Below are positions 33,831 through 47,346 of a DNA stretch of 64,000 nucleotides, piece by piece. Origin of the DNA: the human T2T-CHM13v2.0 reference genome, Homo sapiens; the NCBI GenBank assembly GCA_009914755.4, contig CP068257.2, positions 6,336,001 to 6,400,000 of the forward strand, written 5' to 3'. Each line of letters begins with the position of its first letter. Position 1 is the first letter of the stretch. The notes beneath the pieces were generated by a model. The model had not been told where the DNA came from, made no database searches, and worked only from the letters and a program-made list of their open reading frames with translations. Made by a program: the position numbers and the translations under genes.

Positions 33831-34508
33831 AAAACTTGAGCTAAATGGTGATTGAATTATTTGAAATTAAATTGATGAAATCATTTAAGAATATGTGGAA
33901 AGAAAGAAATTTACAGTCATTCCTCAGGTATAAATTAAATATTTTCCACCTCAAAAATCCAATGACATGAGATATAAATGTATAGTTCACATATGTAATA
34001 CATTTCTCACATGGTTACAGAACCTTTCTGATCTGGCTCCGGTTGACTTTTCCAGCCTTATCTCATTTCTCCCCCCTCCTTCCAGCCGTTTTTTCTTCCT
34101 CCTCTCCTTAGCTACAGCTTTACTAATCTTCCTACTGTGAGCCTCAAACCCACGCTGCTCTCAGGTCTCAGGGCCTATGTACAAGTAATTCCCACTGCCT
34201 GGAATCCCTTGCCCTCATTCTTTGTTGGGTCATTCTGCAGACCCAGTACTACTTCCTCTTGGGAGCCTTTGTCCATCTCCTCTTCCCCCAATCTCCGAAC
34301 CCCACCAAGACCTCAGTAGTTCTTGAGCAAGCCTCTGCTTAGTTTTCCTGGGATGACCAAAACTAACACTGTCTGATCCGTTGTTCAATCCCCAATCCCT
34401 AGAACAGAGCTGCAACATAACAGGCACTCTAAATGAATGAATGGATAAAGACAGCACTGAATAACTTCAAATTATAGTTTACACATGTAAACAGTAACAT
34501 AAATCTGA

Positions 34509-34920
<412 letters not shown>

Positions 34921-35754
34921 TAAAACAAAAATTTTAGCGTTGTCGTATGCTAAATTTCTTTTACTAGGTTAAAAAAATGTAGAATCCAAAGAGCTGTAAA
35001 TGCAAATAACAAATACTGTACAAAATTTATCAAGCAACTATAAGTCACAACTTGCAAGTTTTCTCCTCAGCAAATGAGTTAAAAAGAAAAGTATTTGAAA
35101 CTTTCTTGGTAGAAAACGAATGACCTTTAAAAATGCCAACATTTTCCCCAGAGAGTAGATTTGGTCTGAGTTCTTCATTTCTGAAATTGTACAAGATAAG
35201 ACCGCTTGGTTTGGAAGTCAAACTGCATCCTTCTAAAAAGGTTTTAGATATTTTAAGTCTCCATACAAAACACTCCCCTTATTTTCAGAACAAAAGGAAC
35301 AATAAGACAGCTTAGGCGGGGCAGAGAAAGAAAGGCCTTGAAACAAAGTCCCTGGAAAGGTAAAAACAACAACAAAAATAGTACGTTAGAGCTTGTGTTA
35401 GATCTGATAACTCAAAACTGCACAACTTTTGCCATACATCAAAAGCAACATGGGAAAACAGAAAAAGAGATCACAAACACTTTTTGAGTGTCCTAACTTG
35501 TAGAACCCCTAAGAATGAAACAAATACACTTGGACAAAGCTCTTTTTTTCTCTCTCTCCTTCAAGTCTCACACTAGGGGTGTGGGGCGGGGGACAGGGAG
35601 TAAGATGGGGTCTCTAATAAATACAAAACCCAGCCTCAGACGTGTTTAATTGCTGGCATTTTAGAAGAAAAATGGGCTACTTACAATTAATGAACCAAAC
35701 TACCAAACTAAAATCATGAGTAGGAGGAGGAGTAAATGGAACTGTCTGGGCGAA

Positions 35755-36905
35755 GTTTCAGAAAGCGCAAGCTGGGGTCGCTGCGCCCTCCCCCACCCAT
35801 ACCTCGGGGCTCTCCAGTCGCTCCCGGCCCCCAGCGCGGACTTTCGGGCGCCGGCGGCCCAACCATACAGAGTTGGCAGGATGTAGCCCCCTTCTCCCCT
35901 CTCCAAGAGAGAAAAGTGCGAGGAGACGCAAACCGTATTTCCGTGTCCGAGCGCTGAAACCTGCGGAGTCGCACGCGGGGCGCCCACACTCGTTCCCAGG
36001 GAGCCCCAGCCCGGTCGCCCGCCCCGGTCACAGCTCCAGCCCCGGCCTCCCTTACTCTGGGGCTCCATGATCGGCTGCTCCCCGCCCTCCGCGGGCGAAC
36101 GCCCGGGCTCCTAACGCCTCTCAGCCAGGGCCGGCGTCCCTACGGTTGCCCTGACAACCCGGAGGCAGAGTGGGCAGAACCAGAGGGATGGCGAGCGGGA
36201 GGGACCAAAAGCCGCAGGAAGTGAGGGAGCGCGTGAGGATCCGCGCGTCGCTGGGGACACTGAGCGACGGTAGCGGCCAGGTCACCGGCTGAGGACACTG
36301 CCTGTGAAGCCCGGTCAGGTGGTCGCGCCCTCCCTGGCGGCCCCCGCGGCCCCGCAGGACCTGTGCCCCGACTTCGCCGACCCACGGCGTCCGTTGGGCG
36401 AGTGGGCCTGCCCGCGGGTAAGGCGCCGGCCCTGGGCCGCCCTCCCGGGACTCGGGAGGCGCCGCTGCAGGTAACAGCTGGGCCCCGGCGGCGGAAGGGG
36501 TCGGGGGTCGGCGCAGGGGCGGGCGCGCCCCGAGCCGGGTGGGCGGACCCGGCGCACCTGTTGTAGCCACCTGGGGGTCCCCTGCCCGCAGTTGGCCGTG
36601 GACATTCCCTGCCCCGACTCTGAAACGCCGAGGGCGGCCTCCGCGCCCTCTGCTCCGGGAGCCACGCCTCAGCGAGAGGACGGAGCCCTGCTGGCAGGCC
36701 TCGCACCAGGGGCTCCCTCCGAGCCCGGGCATGGGCCGGGCCTGGGGTGGTCCCTAGAGCCCCCCTGACGGGAAGCGTGGAGCAATGCGAGCCGCTGCCA
36801 TCGTCGCTGTCGTCCCCAGTGAGCTGGGAGCGCCTCCTGAATCGCGAGAGCCAGGAGCACGGCTTTGCCCGGCTTTGCCCGGCTTTGCCCCGTCATCCCC
36901 GTGTC
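35755..36905. promoter_or_regulatory. CpG island (~1.15 kb, very high GC and CpG density); probable TATA-less promoter of an unidentified transcript
   Basis: CpG dinucleotides are dense throughout, for example gcgccggcggcc, ccgcgggcgaacgcccgggc, gcgcgtcgctgg, ggcgcaggggcgggcgcgccccgagccgggtgggcggacccggcgc. GC boxes (gggcggg, ccgccc) are present. Flanking DNA is AT-rich and CpG-poor. Confidence 0.8.
36861..36890. repeat. 10-bp tandem repeat x3 (ggctttgccc) at the 3' edge of the CpG island
   Basis: ggctttgcccggctttgcccggctttgccc. Confidence 0.9.
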
Positions 36906-39165
36906 CCATTTCAGGCAGGGGGCCCAGGTTGGATCTTTCTCACTGGCTTCGTTTTGTGTGTGTTGATTTGTTTCAGTCCTTCGCGTTTCCAGTTGAGTTA
37001 TGGAATCTGCCCACACGTTTTGTGGCCAAACTTTGTAGGGCTGTGAAACAATGTAACATTATCCCACACAATAGTCTTTCATACTGGTTTTAAAACACAG
37101 TGATGCAGGGTTTGCTTTAAGGAAGCTTTGAGGATCACAAGGGATTATTATCTGGTAGGTTGTAAAAATTCAAACAACCGGCAGAGTATCATAGGTTCTG
37201 GAACACCGGAAGGAGGAAAGAAAAATGGAGAGGACAGAAAAAGGATAAGCAAGAAAGTGCAGGGGCATTAAGGGTGTGGGGGGCTGCAGGATTGATTTGG
37301 TACTCAGGTCTGGAGATTATGGCCCCTCTATTAGTTCCAACCGCTGCTCCAGACAGTACTTGAGGGAAATGGAAGGAAGAGCCGTTATGGGGGTCATGCA
37401 AGTGATTAATAATCTTGCCAGTATAAAGATTTCCACTCCATGGATGACAAGGACACTAAGGAGAATTACTTTCCTCTTAGAAAGGGAATCATTGAGAGGT
37501 TAATTGAACTTGAGAAGCATATATTCTGTGATGGAAACTGACATATATTATATTCTTCCAAATTAGCTCTTCCCCCTCTTAGACTATATGGGGACTTTTT
37601 CAGATTAATTGTCAAAACAAGAAGGTTTATGTGTGGATATTGACAAGCAGCGTGATATATACAGAACACATAATTCTTAAGCTGAAGTATTAAGGTAATA
37701 ATTTGAGGGTGGAAAGTAAACACTTCATGGAACCTTAACTCCCTGTTCCTGAAATTTGGAGACAGGGCTTCATTTTTAGACAGAAAGTATCTAAAGATCA
37801 GCAGTACTTCTGTATCCAGTGGTTCTCAAGTTCTAGTTTACATATCATTAGCAAAATCACAAATCGGTCTTTTCATTCAAGATACAAATAGAGTGATCAG
37901 TATATCATAATCAAAAGTGACAAGATATTGATTTAAAAAACACCTGGCATTTATTGACAAAAGAAAAGGTAAGATTAAGTCTGCTCAAACAGTAAAGGAT
38001 TAGCATTAGTATTTTTTTAAAAAGAAGAAACAACAGTGCAGGTCTCTATATTAAAGTAGTAAGGACTGAAGAAATTTTAAGTTTGTAAAAAATGGGGATA
38101 TGTATTGGTGAAACACTTTGTAATCATATAGAATGATTATTTTATCAGCAGCTGTGAAGTTGACTTCGAGGAAATTTTGAATTGAAATACTTTAGGTGAC
38201 AAGTAAAGGCAACTGTTAAAAGCAACATTTGATTTTAGGGGACAGGGTACCTGTGGAAGAAGACTGGTTAGGAGTGGAAGTGAGGCGTAAAAGCACTGAA
38301 ATGTCTGAGGCAGGGACAATATTCAGTTTCTGTTCCTCTATCACCTAGTGCAATGTACTTGTTAAACGTTTTTGAATGAGTGAGAAGGGCTTTAGAGAAA
38401 TTGTTTGGATATAGGGATACACATTACTATTGGAAAAAACACCCGAGATCAGAAAGTTGCTAATGAGATAGGGGTGGGGGATGAATGGTAAAGACACTGA
38501 TTGTACCTTTTTGGAGTTTTCTACCATTGTGTTTTATTTCTTTTCACCAGCATGTTCAGTATGTTATTAGTGGTCAAATGAAAAGGAATAAAGTTCTATG
38601 TATATTTTTTTAAGTCTCCAAGCTCATTACTAGATAGAATAGTTACATTATTGTTTACTTTGCTGGTGTTAAGCTAAATGTAGCAAACTGAAGCATTATG
38701 GATAGGGAATAACAAAGTAACAATGAAGAAACAGATGTTGTCTTTTTTCTTATTTAAATCTCTTGACTATTTCAGAATTCAAAGTAGAAATAACTTTAGT
38801 GGGAGGTTAACATTATTTAATGCAAATAGGTTGATATAAATATAGCAAATGAGCATGCTATTAATAGTTCTGTCTTCTAGCCTTACTGTGGTAAGTTGAA
38901 GGAAGTTTTCATTTTTGTTTTTGTTGGTTTTAGGGTTTTTGTTGGTTTTTGTTTTCTTTTCCAGAGTCAGGGTACTTTTTTCTCTATCTGATACTTTCTG
39001 AAACTCTTAAGGAGTTCGGTCAAAGGTGGAAAACAATCAAATTTCTATTTTTGGTGTTTTCCTCTTTATTCTCCAAACTTGTCATGGTCTACATTCAATT
39101 TGTTGCACTCACATGGAATGTCTATCTCTCAGCCGTTTACTCATCCACAGTCTAAAGGAGACTGA

Positions 39166-39545
<380 letters not shown>

Positions 39546-41146
39546 TCAGGATTAGGCTAATGCCCACTAAATGCACTTCTCTCTCCTACTGGGGGTGCTA
39601 CACGGTTTAGCATTTAGCTCTGTAGGATATTTTCCTATAGAATTTTATCTCATATGGTTGGATCTTGTACCTCTGACTAGATTAAATATGTTTGGAGCTA
39701 AGTGCATGACTTACGCTTCTTCTGTGTTGCTTTTAGCACACGGTGGGCTTCATTGTGTACCTGATAATTTAAGTAGGGTAATAATAGAGAGGTCAAACCT
39801 TTAGTTTGGGGTCATTGCATTGATTTCTAGCTTTGCCCCTTTGGAAAAACAGAAGCTATTATTTTGTCATTGATAACTTGGGATAATAAAACCTGCAATG
39901 GTTGTCCGATAGTCTAGTTGCGAGAATCAAGATAAATGTTATTATAGATTATGAATGAAAATATCTTGTATGTCGTAATGAACTTTTTTAATATAAAAGG
40001 CTGTTATTGACTTAGGCATAGAGCAGACATTGATACCACATTCACAATGTGTTAGGTACTTCCTGAGCTCTGGAATTGCATGTCATAAAGGGTGAACAGG
40101 AAATGACCAGGTGCTTCTGAAGCAGAACAGCCTGGGCTGAGGCACGAAGGCTGGGAGAACAAGCAAGCCTTGGTTTATTGTGGCTGAACTGGAGAATACT
40201 TCTTCACGTGTATTAGCAGAAAATGGGAGGAAGTAAGGCCAGAAAGGCAAATGTGGGCCAAATCAGAAGGAACCTAAGGACCATGAGTTTATTTTCCTTA
40301 AAGGTAATAAGGAGGATTTGGGTCAGTGACTGGATCAGTTTTGCATTTGGAAAGGATCACTGGCAACACTCAAATGACAGATTGGTAGAGAGCTTAAATG
40401 AGAGACCAAAAAATTGGAGATGTTGTTGAAGCTCAGTGAAGAAATGAAGAGAACTAGGAGAGCGATGGTGGGAATAAGAAGGAGGGGCCACGAAAAAAGG
40501 TAGAATTGGCAGATCTTGGTGATACAGGAGATGAGGAAGGAGAAGCCAGGGATGACAGTGGGGTGATAGAGTGGATTGTTCTGTTATTCATTGAACTCTA
40601 AAGAAGAAAAAAAAATTGAGGAGTTTAAGAAGTGGGGTAGATGTGTTCAGTTTGAGAAGCCTGTCATATATGTTGGGAGGTCCCATAAGTAGTTGGACAT
40701 GTGGGTCTGGAACTAAAGGGAAAAAGTCTGAGATGAAGATAGAAATTTGGATTAAGCATTTAGTGATTGAAGTTAAAATGTGATTATTTTCTCCAGGGAT
40801 ATTATGTGGAATAAGAGGGTAAAGGATAGAGCCCTGAAGTATGCACATTTTACGTTGTGGGGAGGGGCTGATGGTGGAAGAACCCGCGGAGACTAAAGAC
40901 GAGTGTTCAGAAAAGGGAACTGAAAATCTGGGAGGATTAATGGAAGAGTGCCTACTCCTGAGGAGTTCATGCATTGGCATTCCCCAAAATGATTATATTT
41001 TCCTCTAGTCACCATAGAACGCACAACACAGTTCATCTATTATTGTTTTATTAAAGTTCATGTAAAATGACTACCCATTACTTTGTTAACAACAGAAATC
41101 TTCATATTTATGTTTAAAAATATTTTTGAAACATTTTTAAACAGAT

Positions 41147-41258
41147 TTTTTAGATACAGAGTATTGCTATGTTGCCTACGCTGGTCTGGAACTCCTGGGC
41201 TCCTCCAGCCTCAGCCTTCCAAAGTGTTGGGATTCCAGGCATGAGCCACTGTGCCTGT
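41147..41258 (-). mobile_element. Alu fragment
   Basis: cagagtattgctatgttgcctacgctggtctggaactcctgggctcctccagcctcagccttccaaagtgttgggattccaggcatgagccactgtgcctg. Confidence 0.85.
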
Positions 41259-41763
41259 GTCTATTTATGGATTTTTTTGTCTACATTTGGGACAACAAAT
41301 CAAGTAAAATGTAACTTTAGAAGTTGATTATGATTATGCCTCAAGCAAATACTTAAAAAAAAAGAGAGAGAGAGAGATGGATAAAAGTTAATTTTGTGTA
41401 TATCTCAGGTAAACTATGTTAACTTGGGGAGACCAGCAGTAACCTGTTCTTTAAATCTCAGCTTTTATTGAATCTCACACAAAATTTTTCTCAGATATGT
41501 CACTAGACTACTTAAATAAGCCAGATTAGTATTTTTGCATACTTTATTAACTCTGCTTCTACTCAAAGTAAATTAGTTTTTGGAATGGAATGCAGTCAAA
41601 AAATCATCAAAATAATATCACAAAGCACTGAGTGGTCCAGTCTTTTGAACTTCTGACAATACCTTTGACTTAGAAACTTATTTGTGGGGAGTGGTATATT
41701 AATACTCTACATAAACATTGATTGAGCTTGGGGGGACTTTCTGTAGATACATTTAAAAATATG

Positions 41764-41890
41764 TTTTTTAGTAGAGACAGGGTCTCACTGTGTTGCCCAG
41801 GCTAGTCTCTAACTCCTGGGCTCAAATTATCCTCCCCACTTGGCCTCCCAAAAGGATTGGATTACAGGCATAAAGCCACTGCCCCAAGCC
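41764..41890 (-). mobile_element. Alu fragment
   Basis: ttttttagtagagacagggtctcactgtgttgcccaggctagtctctaactcctgggctcaaattatcctccccacttggcctcccaaaaggattggattacaggcataaagccactgcc. Confidence 0.85.
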
Positions 41891-42000
41891 TAAAATTTTT
41901 TAAAGTACCATTAGAATGTAAGGATTCTTTTTAAAAAATTTGATTGTGCAGGGTTGGTTATTCAACCAGTATGCAATACAATACTCAATACTGTATATTC

Positions 42001-42060
42001 ATCACTTCTCGGCCTTTTGGCTAAGATCAACTGTAGTATCTGTTGTTATTAATATAATAT
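42001..42060 (+). pseudogene. U2 snRNA 5'-end fragment (truncated U2 pseudogene or U2-derived repeat)
   Basis: atcacttctcggccttttggctaagatcaactgtagtatctgttg matches 42 of 45 positions against the U2 snRNA 5' end (ATCGCTTCTCGGCCTTTTGGCTAAGATCAAGTGTAGTATCTGTTC) as I recall it. Similarity decays after about 55 nt. Confidence 0.5.
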
Positions 42061-43612
42061 TTTATATTCAACCAATTGTCAATACAAGGCTGGTTGTATC
42101 TCATATGAACCAACATTGAGTTAAAAATGGACCTTTTTTATTTTTAAAAAGCTAATTAACTAGATTTGCTTACTTAAAATCAAAGCAATCAACTCGTTAC
42201 AAGTCTAGAAATAAGGATTTTAAAATAAATTTTGAATTTTGACCTTATCTTTTCCCAGAAAGACTTTAAATTGATACTGGAAACCAAATAGGATATATTT
42301 TTGGGAGATTTGAGGCTATTAAAACAAAGGCAAACACAGAAGTGACCTTCTAAAAGTCCTAGTAATGATTAGGTCCATTGTTTCAATTAAAGCATACCGT
42401 GCTTGAGAGATAAAGTGTATTAAATATTTGACTGTAACTTTGTATTAGAAATATGTTTTTCAAATCTATAAAAAGATTTACAAATCTATCTTTACCATGT
42501 TTTTTAGTTTTATGGTATTTCTTCCAGACCTCTCTTCCTGACATCTCCATTAGTGTCAAGTATTTCTTCAACCCCCAGTGATTCAACGTGAGCCTATTTT
42601 TTAAAATGTAGTCTGGAAGCAATATATAACATAGTCAGGAAGCAGTATGGATATATGGTTAAGCATATACACTATACACTTAACTGGGGTTAAGCAGAGA
42701 TCATACTCCCTGACTTTAAGCACCTGCCCTACCACAGATGATCTTCTAGAAGCTGTTTAAATTAAACCTCTGAAGGTTTACATTTCCTCATTTGAAAAAT
42801 GGAAATAATAAAGTAAACCCTCATGAGGTCCTTAAGAGTTTAAATGAAATAATCCATATAAAGTGCTTAAGTGCTGAACATAGCATCTGGTGTGCAATAA
42901 TCATTCTATAAATGCTAATTGGTAAAATTATCATCATTGTTGTTGTTAGTCCATATATAGTAGTAGCATGGAACCAGGATTCTGAAAAGTGTGGCCTGCA
43001 GATCAGGGCCAGTGCAGACTTACTGGTTTGCAGTGAGATCCAGAGCTTGTGCCAGAATGTAAATAGGCGATGTCACTAAACATACTGATTACTGTTCAGC
43101 TGACTTTTTAAAAATAGCAAGACCTCTTCAGTGTAGGAAGCAGTTAGTTGATTTACATTCTGGTGCAAGCTCTTTACCTTGCCACAAACCAGCAGCAGAG
43201 TTGACGTGGAGTATTGGACCGATGATCCCACTCTCCAAAAAATAATAGTCCTTTATTCTGAAGACGTTATTATTCACTCATAATACCTCATTAACTTTCT
43301 TTTTTTCTAAACATTGTAATAATAGATTATAAGTATATTGTTTATGAGTTCAGCAGATATTTACTGATCACATAGTTTGTGTACAGACCTGTATCTTATT
43401 TTGCAGGAGTTGCAAAGCTGGCTCAGAAATTAATCTTGCCTTTAAGAAGTCTACCATAAACCCGCAAGAGGAAATAAGTGAAAATCTAAATAAATGTGTT
43501 GAATATATGCAGTGAGTGTTTGCAATAGTGTTATAGCTTGGTTCCAAAGATTTCAATATAGACGGATGTTTCCTTTTGCTGAGCTTCTACCACAATAGGA
43601 CAGAATTAATTA

Positions 43613-43914
<302 letters not shown>

Positions 43915-44255
43915 TAACTTTTACTTTTTCAGCATTATGCTATCACAATAAAGTTCAGCGTTTGCTTTATTAAGATAGTATTTGAATCTTCTAGGAGATT
44001 CAGAAACCTGCAGTACTAGGGAAATTTCAGTTTTAGATATAAAAACAAAATTATAACTTTTAAAGATTTGTATTGTAGAAGATTATCCTTAAGTGTTTTT
44101 TAAACTACTAATTTACTATTTCACCCTTCATGCAAATATATGAATTATAAATGATTGATTGTTCCATAGAATATGAAGAGACATTAAATAAATATTAAAA
44201 TATTTATAAAGTTTTGGTTAAAATGAGCACAATTTCTTCTCGAAAAAATTCACTG

Positions 44256-44468
44256 CCAGCCTGGGCAACATAGGGAGACACTGTCTCTACAAAAATAAAA
44301 AAATAAAAATTAGCCAGGCATGGTGGTGTGTTCGTATAGTCCCACTACTGGAGAGACTGAGTCAGGATGATCAATTGAGCCCAGAAGTTGGAGGCTGCAG
44401 TGAGCTATGATCATGCCACTGCATTCCAGCCTGGGCGATGGAGTAAGACCTTGTCTTTAAAAAAAAAT
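44256..44468 (+). mobile_element. Alu right-arm fragment
   Basis: gccagcctgggcaacatagggagacactgtctctacaaaaataaaaaaataaaaattagccaggcatggtggtgtgttcgtatagtcccactactggagagactgagtcagg ... cattccagcctgggcgatggagtaagaccttgtctttaaaaaaaaa. Confidence 0.9.
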
Positions 44469-44897
44469 GCATTGCTCAAACAGAAAATGTTGAAACAAAT
44501 TCTGGAGTAATATAAACATAATAATTTTTAAAAGGCAAGGTGTGTATATTTTACATATAAATATGTATATTTTATAGTATAGGGTTTACAAACTATGAGT
44601 CAGATCATGAGACAGATTTATTTTTGCAGACTAATTTACTGTTGAGAGGGCTTAGGGAAAAAAGGAAAATAATGCAAAATGTTCAAGTCCAGAAATGTTA
44701 TTTCATTTTTAATATTTCTTAGAATGTTTTGCGTGGAAGTGGATGTATTGGTTTCTCTTATTGCCATGCTTGGTGCACCTGCTCGTAATCACTTTTGTTG
44801 TGCCTTTTGCCATAAATTGTTACCTAATCTCACTAATGACTTTAAGAAAATTGAAGGTGGGTGTTAGAAAGATTATAGGTAATATTAAAGAATATAA

Positions 44898-45030
44898 GGC
44901 AGGCATGGTGGTGTGTACCTGTAGTTCCAGCTACTCGGAAAGCTAAGGCAGCAGGATCACTTGAGCCCAGGAGTTGAATACAGCCTGGGCAACATAGACT
45001 CTGTCCCTATTTCTAAAATTAAAAAAAAAA
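44898..45030 (+). mobile_element. Alu right-monomer fragment
   Basis: ggcaggcatggtggtgtgtacctgtagttccagctactcggaaagctaaggcagcaggatcacttgagcccaggagttgaatacagcctgggcaacatagactctgtccc. Confidence 0.85.
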
Positions 45031-46794
45031 TACACACACAAACACTTACAATGTAAAATAAAGAAAAGAGAGTAACCCGAAATTTAAGAGGAGAATTATG
45101 AGGAAAAACAGAGTAAAAAATGAAATTTGGATCAAGAAATGACTAGGTAAGTTAGACCCATGGCACTGTAATCACAACTTTTTTACCATAGCAGATCAGG
45201 TATTTTGCGATCTGTCCCCTATCTCATCTTTGAACTCATCTTGTACCAAAGTCTTTCTCTCCAATTAGGTACCAGCCACCCTTGCCTTCTTTTAGGTAAT
45301 TGTCTGTAAGGTTGAGTCTACATATCATAGACAAAGAATTTTTATTTCCACACCCCACCCTCAGCCTCACCTAACCAGACCTGCCTGTTCAAACTGTGTC
45401 CCTACCACACATAGTAGGCCCTCAAATATTGGTTGAATAAGTAAATGGAAAACGCAAAAATGGAGGCATTAAGGATGAGAAAACTTGAGGACACAGAAGA
45501 CGTATTAGATTTTGAATGATATCGATGATAAAATACAATCAGATGTTGCTCTTAGAAGCATATGATCCCTAAAGGATAGAAAATGACTCATTTATTATTT
45601 ACTCAGCCCATAATTATTAATTAGTCACCCACTATATTTGGATTTAAGAGTGGAAATTACCAGTGAAGAAGGTATAGCTCCAATAACAGTGTAAGTAAAG
45701 AGACAGAAAGACATGGGGAAAAGATAATCACTAGTACAAACGGTTCAAGAGTCACCTCATACTTGATGTTGCCTCCTCAGCATGTGTGGTTTACAAGCGG
45801 TCCCACAAAGATCAATGATCTGCTAGAGCAAGCGTGATACATGCCATTGTCTGAATCTCAGTGCAGCTTTGTACTTTTCAACATAATAACTCTTCTGAAT
45901 TGATCAAGAAGAAAGCAGCTTTAATAAATGTTGAAAGGAGTTAATTTGGGGTTTGGATGTATGATTCAAGGGACGACCAGGGGCCTCTACAAATATTCCA
46001 GTTTGTGGGCTTGTGAGTCTTAAAGAATTCTAAGAATAGCAAGAGTCTATCATATATCATAAACAGAAGGGAACAAAAAAGTCACATAAATCCAGAAACA
46101 TAGTGAATTCCTGATAGAAGTGTTTAAACTCTATGCAGCAGTAGTAAACTAGCTTGAACTTAGCTAAGAGTGAAATAATGAAGGATGTAACTATGCAAGA
46201 TAGACTGCAGTGGAGACACTAAGCCCCTGCTTCATAGAGCTCACATTCCAGTGAAGGGCACCAACAGAAAACAAAGAGGGAAAATATATACATTATGTTA
46301 GGTGGTGGTCTTAAGGAGAAAAAATGAAGCAGTTAAAGAGGTTAGGAAGTGGTTTTTGGGAGTGTGGGAGAGTGGTAAAAGTTTAGATAGGGTGGCCAGG
46401 GAAGCCTTTACTCAGCTGCCATTTGCTAACAACCTTTATGCAGCGAGGAAGATAGCCATTTGGATATCTGAGGGAGGAACATTTCAGACATACAGAAGGG
46501 TGAACACCAAGTCCCAGAGGCAGGCATCTGCCATGGTGTTTGAGGAATAGCAGGGGAGCCATCAGGCTAGAGAAGGCTGAAGGAGGAGCTGTTGCAACTG
46601 AGGGCGGAGAGGCGATGGGTCCAGATCATAAAGTGATTGTTGGTCCTCTTAAGGATTTTGGTTTTTCCTCAGAGTGAGATGAGATGGGAAGTATTGGAGA
46701 CTATTGAGCAGAGGAGACATGAGCTGACTTTAATAGGATGACTCTGACTGCAGGCTTGTGACCTGATTGTAACAACAAATGTTTTTCTCTTTTT

Positions 46795-47108
46795 TTGTTT
46801 TTTATTTTTTGATACAGAGTCTCTAGGAACTCCAGCTCTGTTCCCTGGGCTGGAGTGCAGTGGCCCAATCTCAGCCCACTGCAACCAATGCCTCCTCTGT
46901 TCAAGGGATTCTCCTGCCTCAGCTTCCCAAGTAGCTTGGAATACAGGTGCGTATCAGCATGCCTGGATAATTTTGTACATTTTTTTAGAGATGGGGGAAG
47001 GTCTTCCTATGTTGCCCAGGCTGGTCCCAAACTCCTGGCCTCCAGTGATCCTCCCGACTTGACCTTCCAAAGTTCTAAGATTACAGGCATGAGCCATGTC
47101 GCCTGACC
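46795..47108 (-). mobile_element. Alu (full length, diverged)
   Basis: gatacagagtctctaggaactccagctctgttccctgggctggagtgcagtggcccaatctcagcccactgcaacc ... ccttccaaagttctaagattacaggcatgagccatgtcgcctgacc. Confidence 0.9.
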
Positions 47109-47110
47109 AT

Positions 47111-47257
47111 TTTTTTTATTTTATATTTTCTCTTTTTTAGAGATGGGGATCTCACTATGTTGACCAAGCTGGCCTTGAACTCCTGGCCTCAAGTGATCTT
47201 CCCATCTCAGTCTCCCAAAGTGCTGGGATTACAGGCATGAGCCACTGTGCCTGGCCT
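47111..47257 (-). mobile_element. Alu fragment (tandem to previous)
   Basis: agagatggggatctcactatgttgaccaagctggccttgaactcctggcctcaagtgatcttcccatctcagtctcccaaagtgctgggattacaggcatgagccactgtgcctggcc. Confidence 0.9.
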
Positions 47258-47346
47258 CTTTGTTTTTGTCAAGTTTTTGAGGTGTAAGTGTTCTTTATAT
47301 ACTCAATATTAAGCAATACCCTGTCTCTTAAAAACAAAATGATACA

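Noticed and set aside
36188-36301. 37-codon unspliced ORF starting at the Kozak-like ATG (MASGRDQKPQEVRERVRIRASLGTLSDGSGQVTG*) as a micropeptide gene
   Set aside because: It is too short and GC-biased to call. It is retained only as a possible first coding exon if spliced at the 36,221 donor.
35700-37100. Overlapping GC-rich ORFs on both strands in the CpG island (e.g. 36,121-36,732, 203 aa; 36,140-36,706; 36,669-37,016)
   Set aside because: They are Arg/Pro/Gly/Ala-rich and low-complexity, mutually overlapping on both strands and in several frames, with no start-codon context or recognisable domain. This is the typical stop-codon depletion of very GC-rich DNA.
40100-40990. ORFs 40,223-40,429 and 40,588-40,980, and ORF 46,302-46,550, as candidate genes
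   Set aside because: The surrounding sequence (...gagggaggaacatttcagacatacagaagggtgaacaccaagtcccagaggcagg ...; ...ggtccagatcataaagtgattgttggtcctcttaaggattttggtttttcctcagagtgagatgagatgggaagtattggagactattgagcagaggagacatgagctgactttaataggatgactctgactgcagg...) looks like a widespread ancient mammalian interspersed repeat that I recognise but cannot name with confidence. There is no splice or start context.
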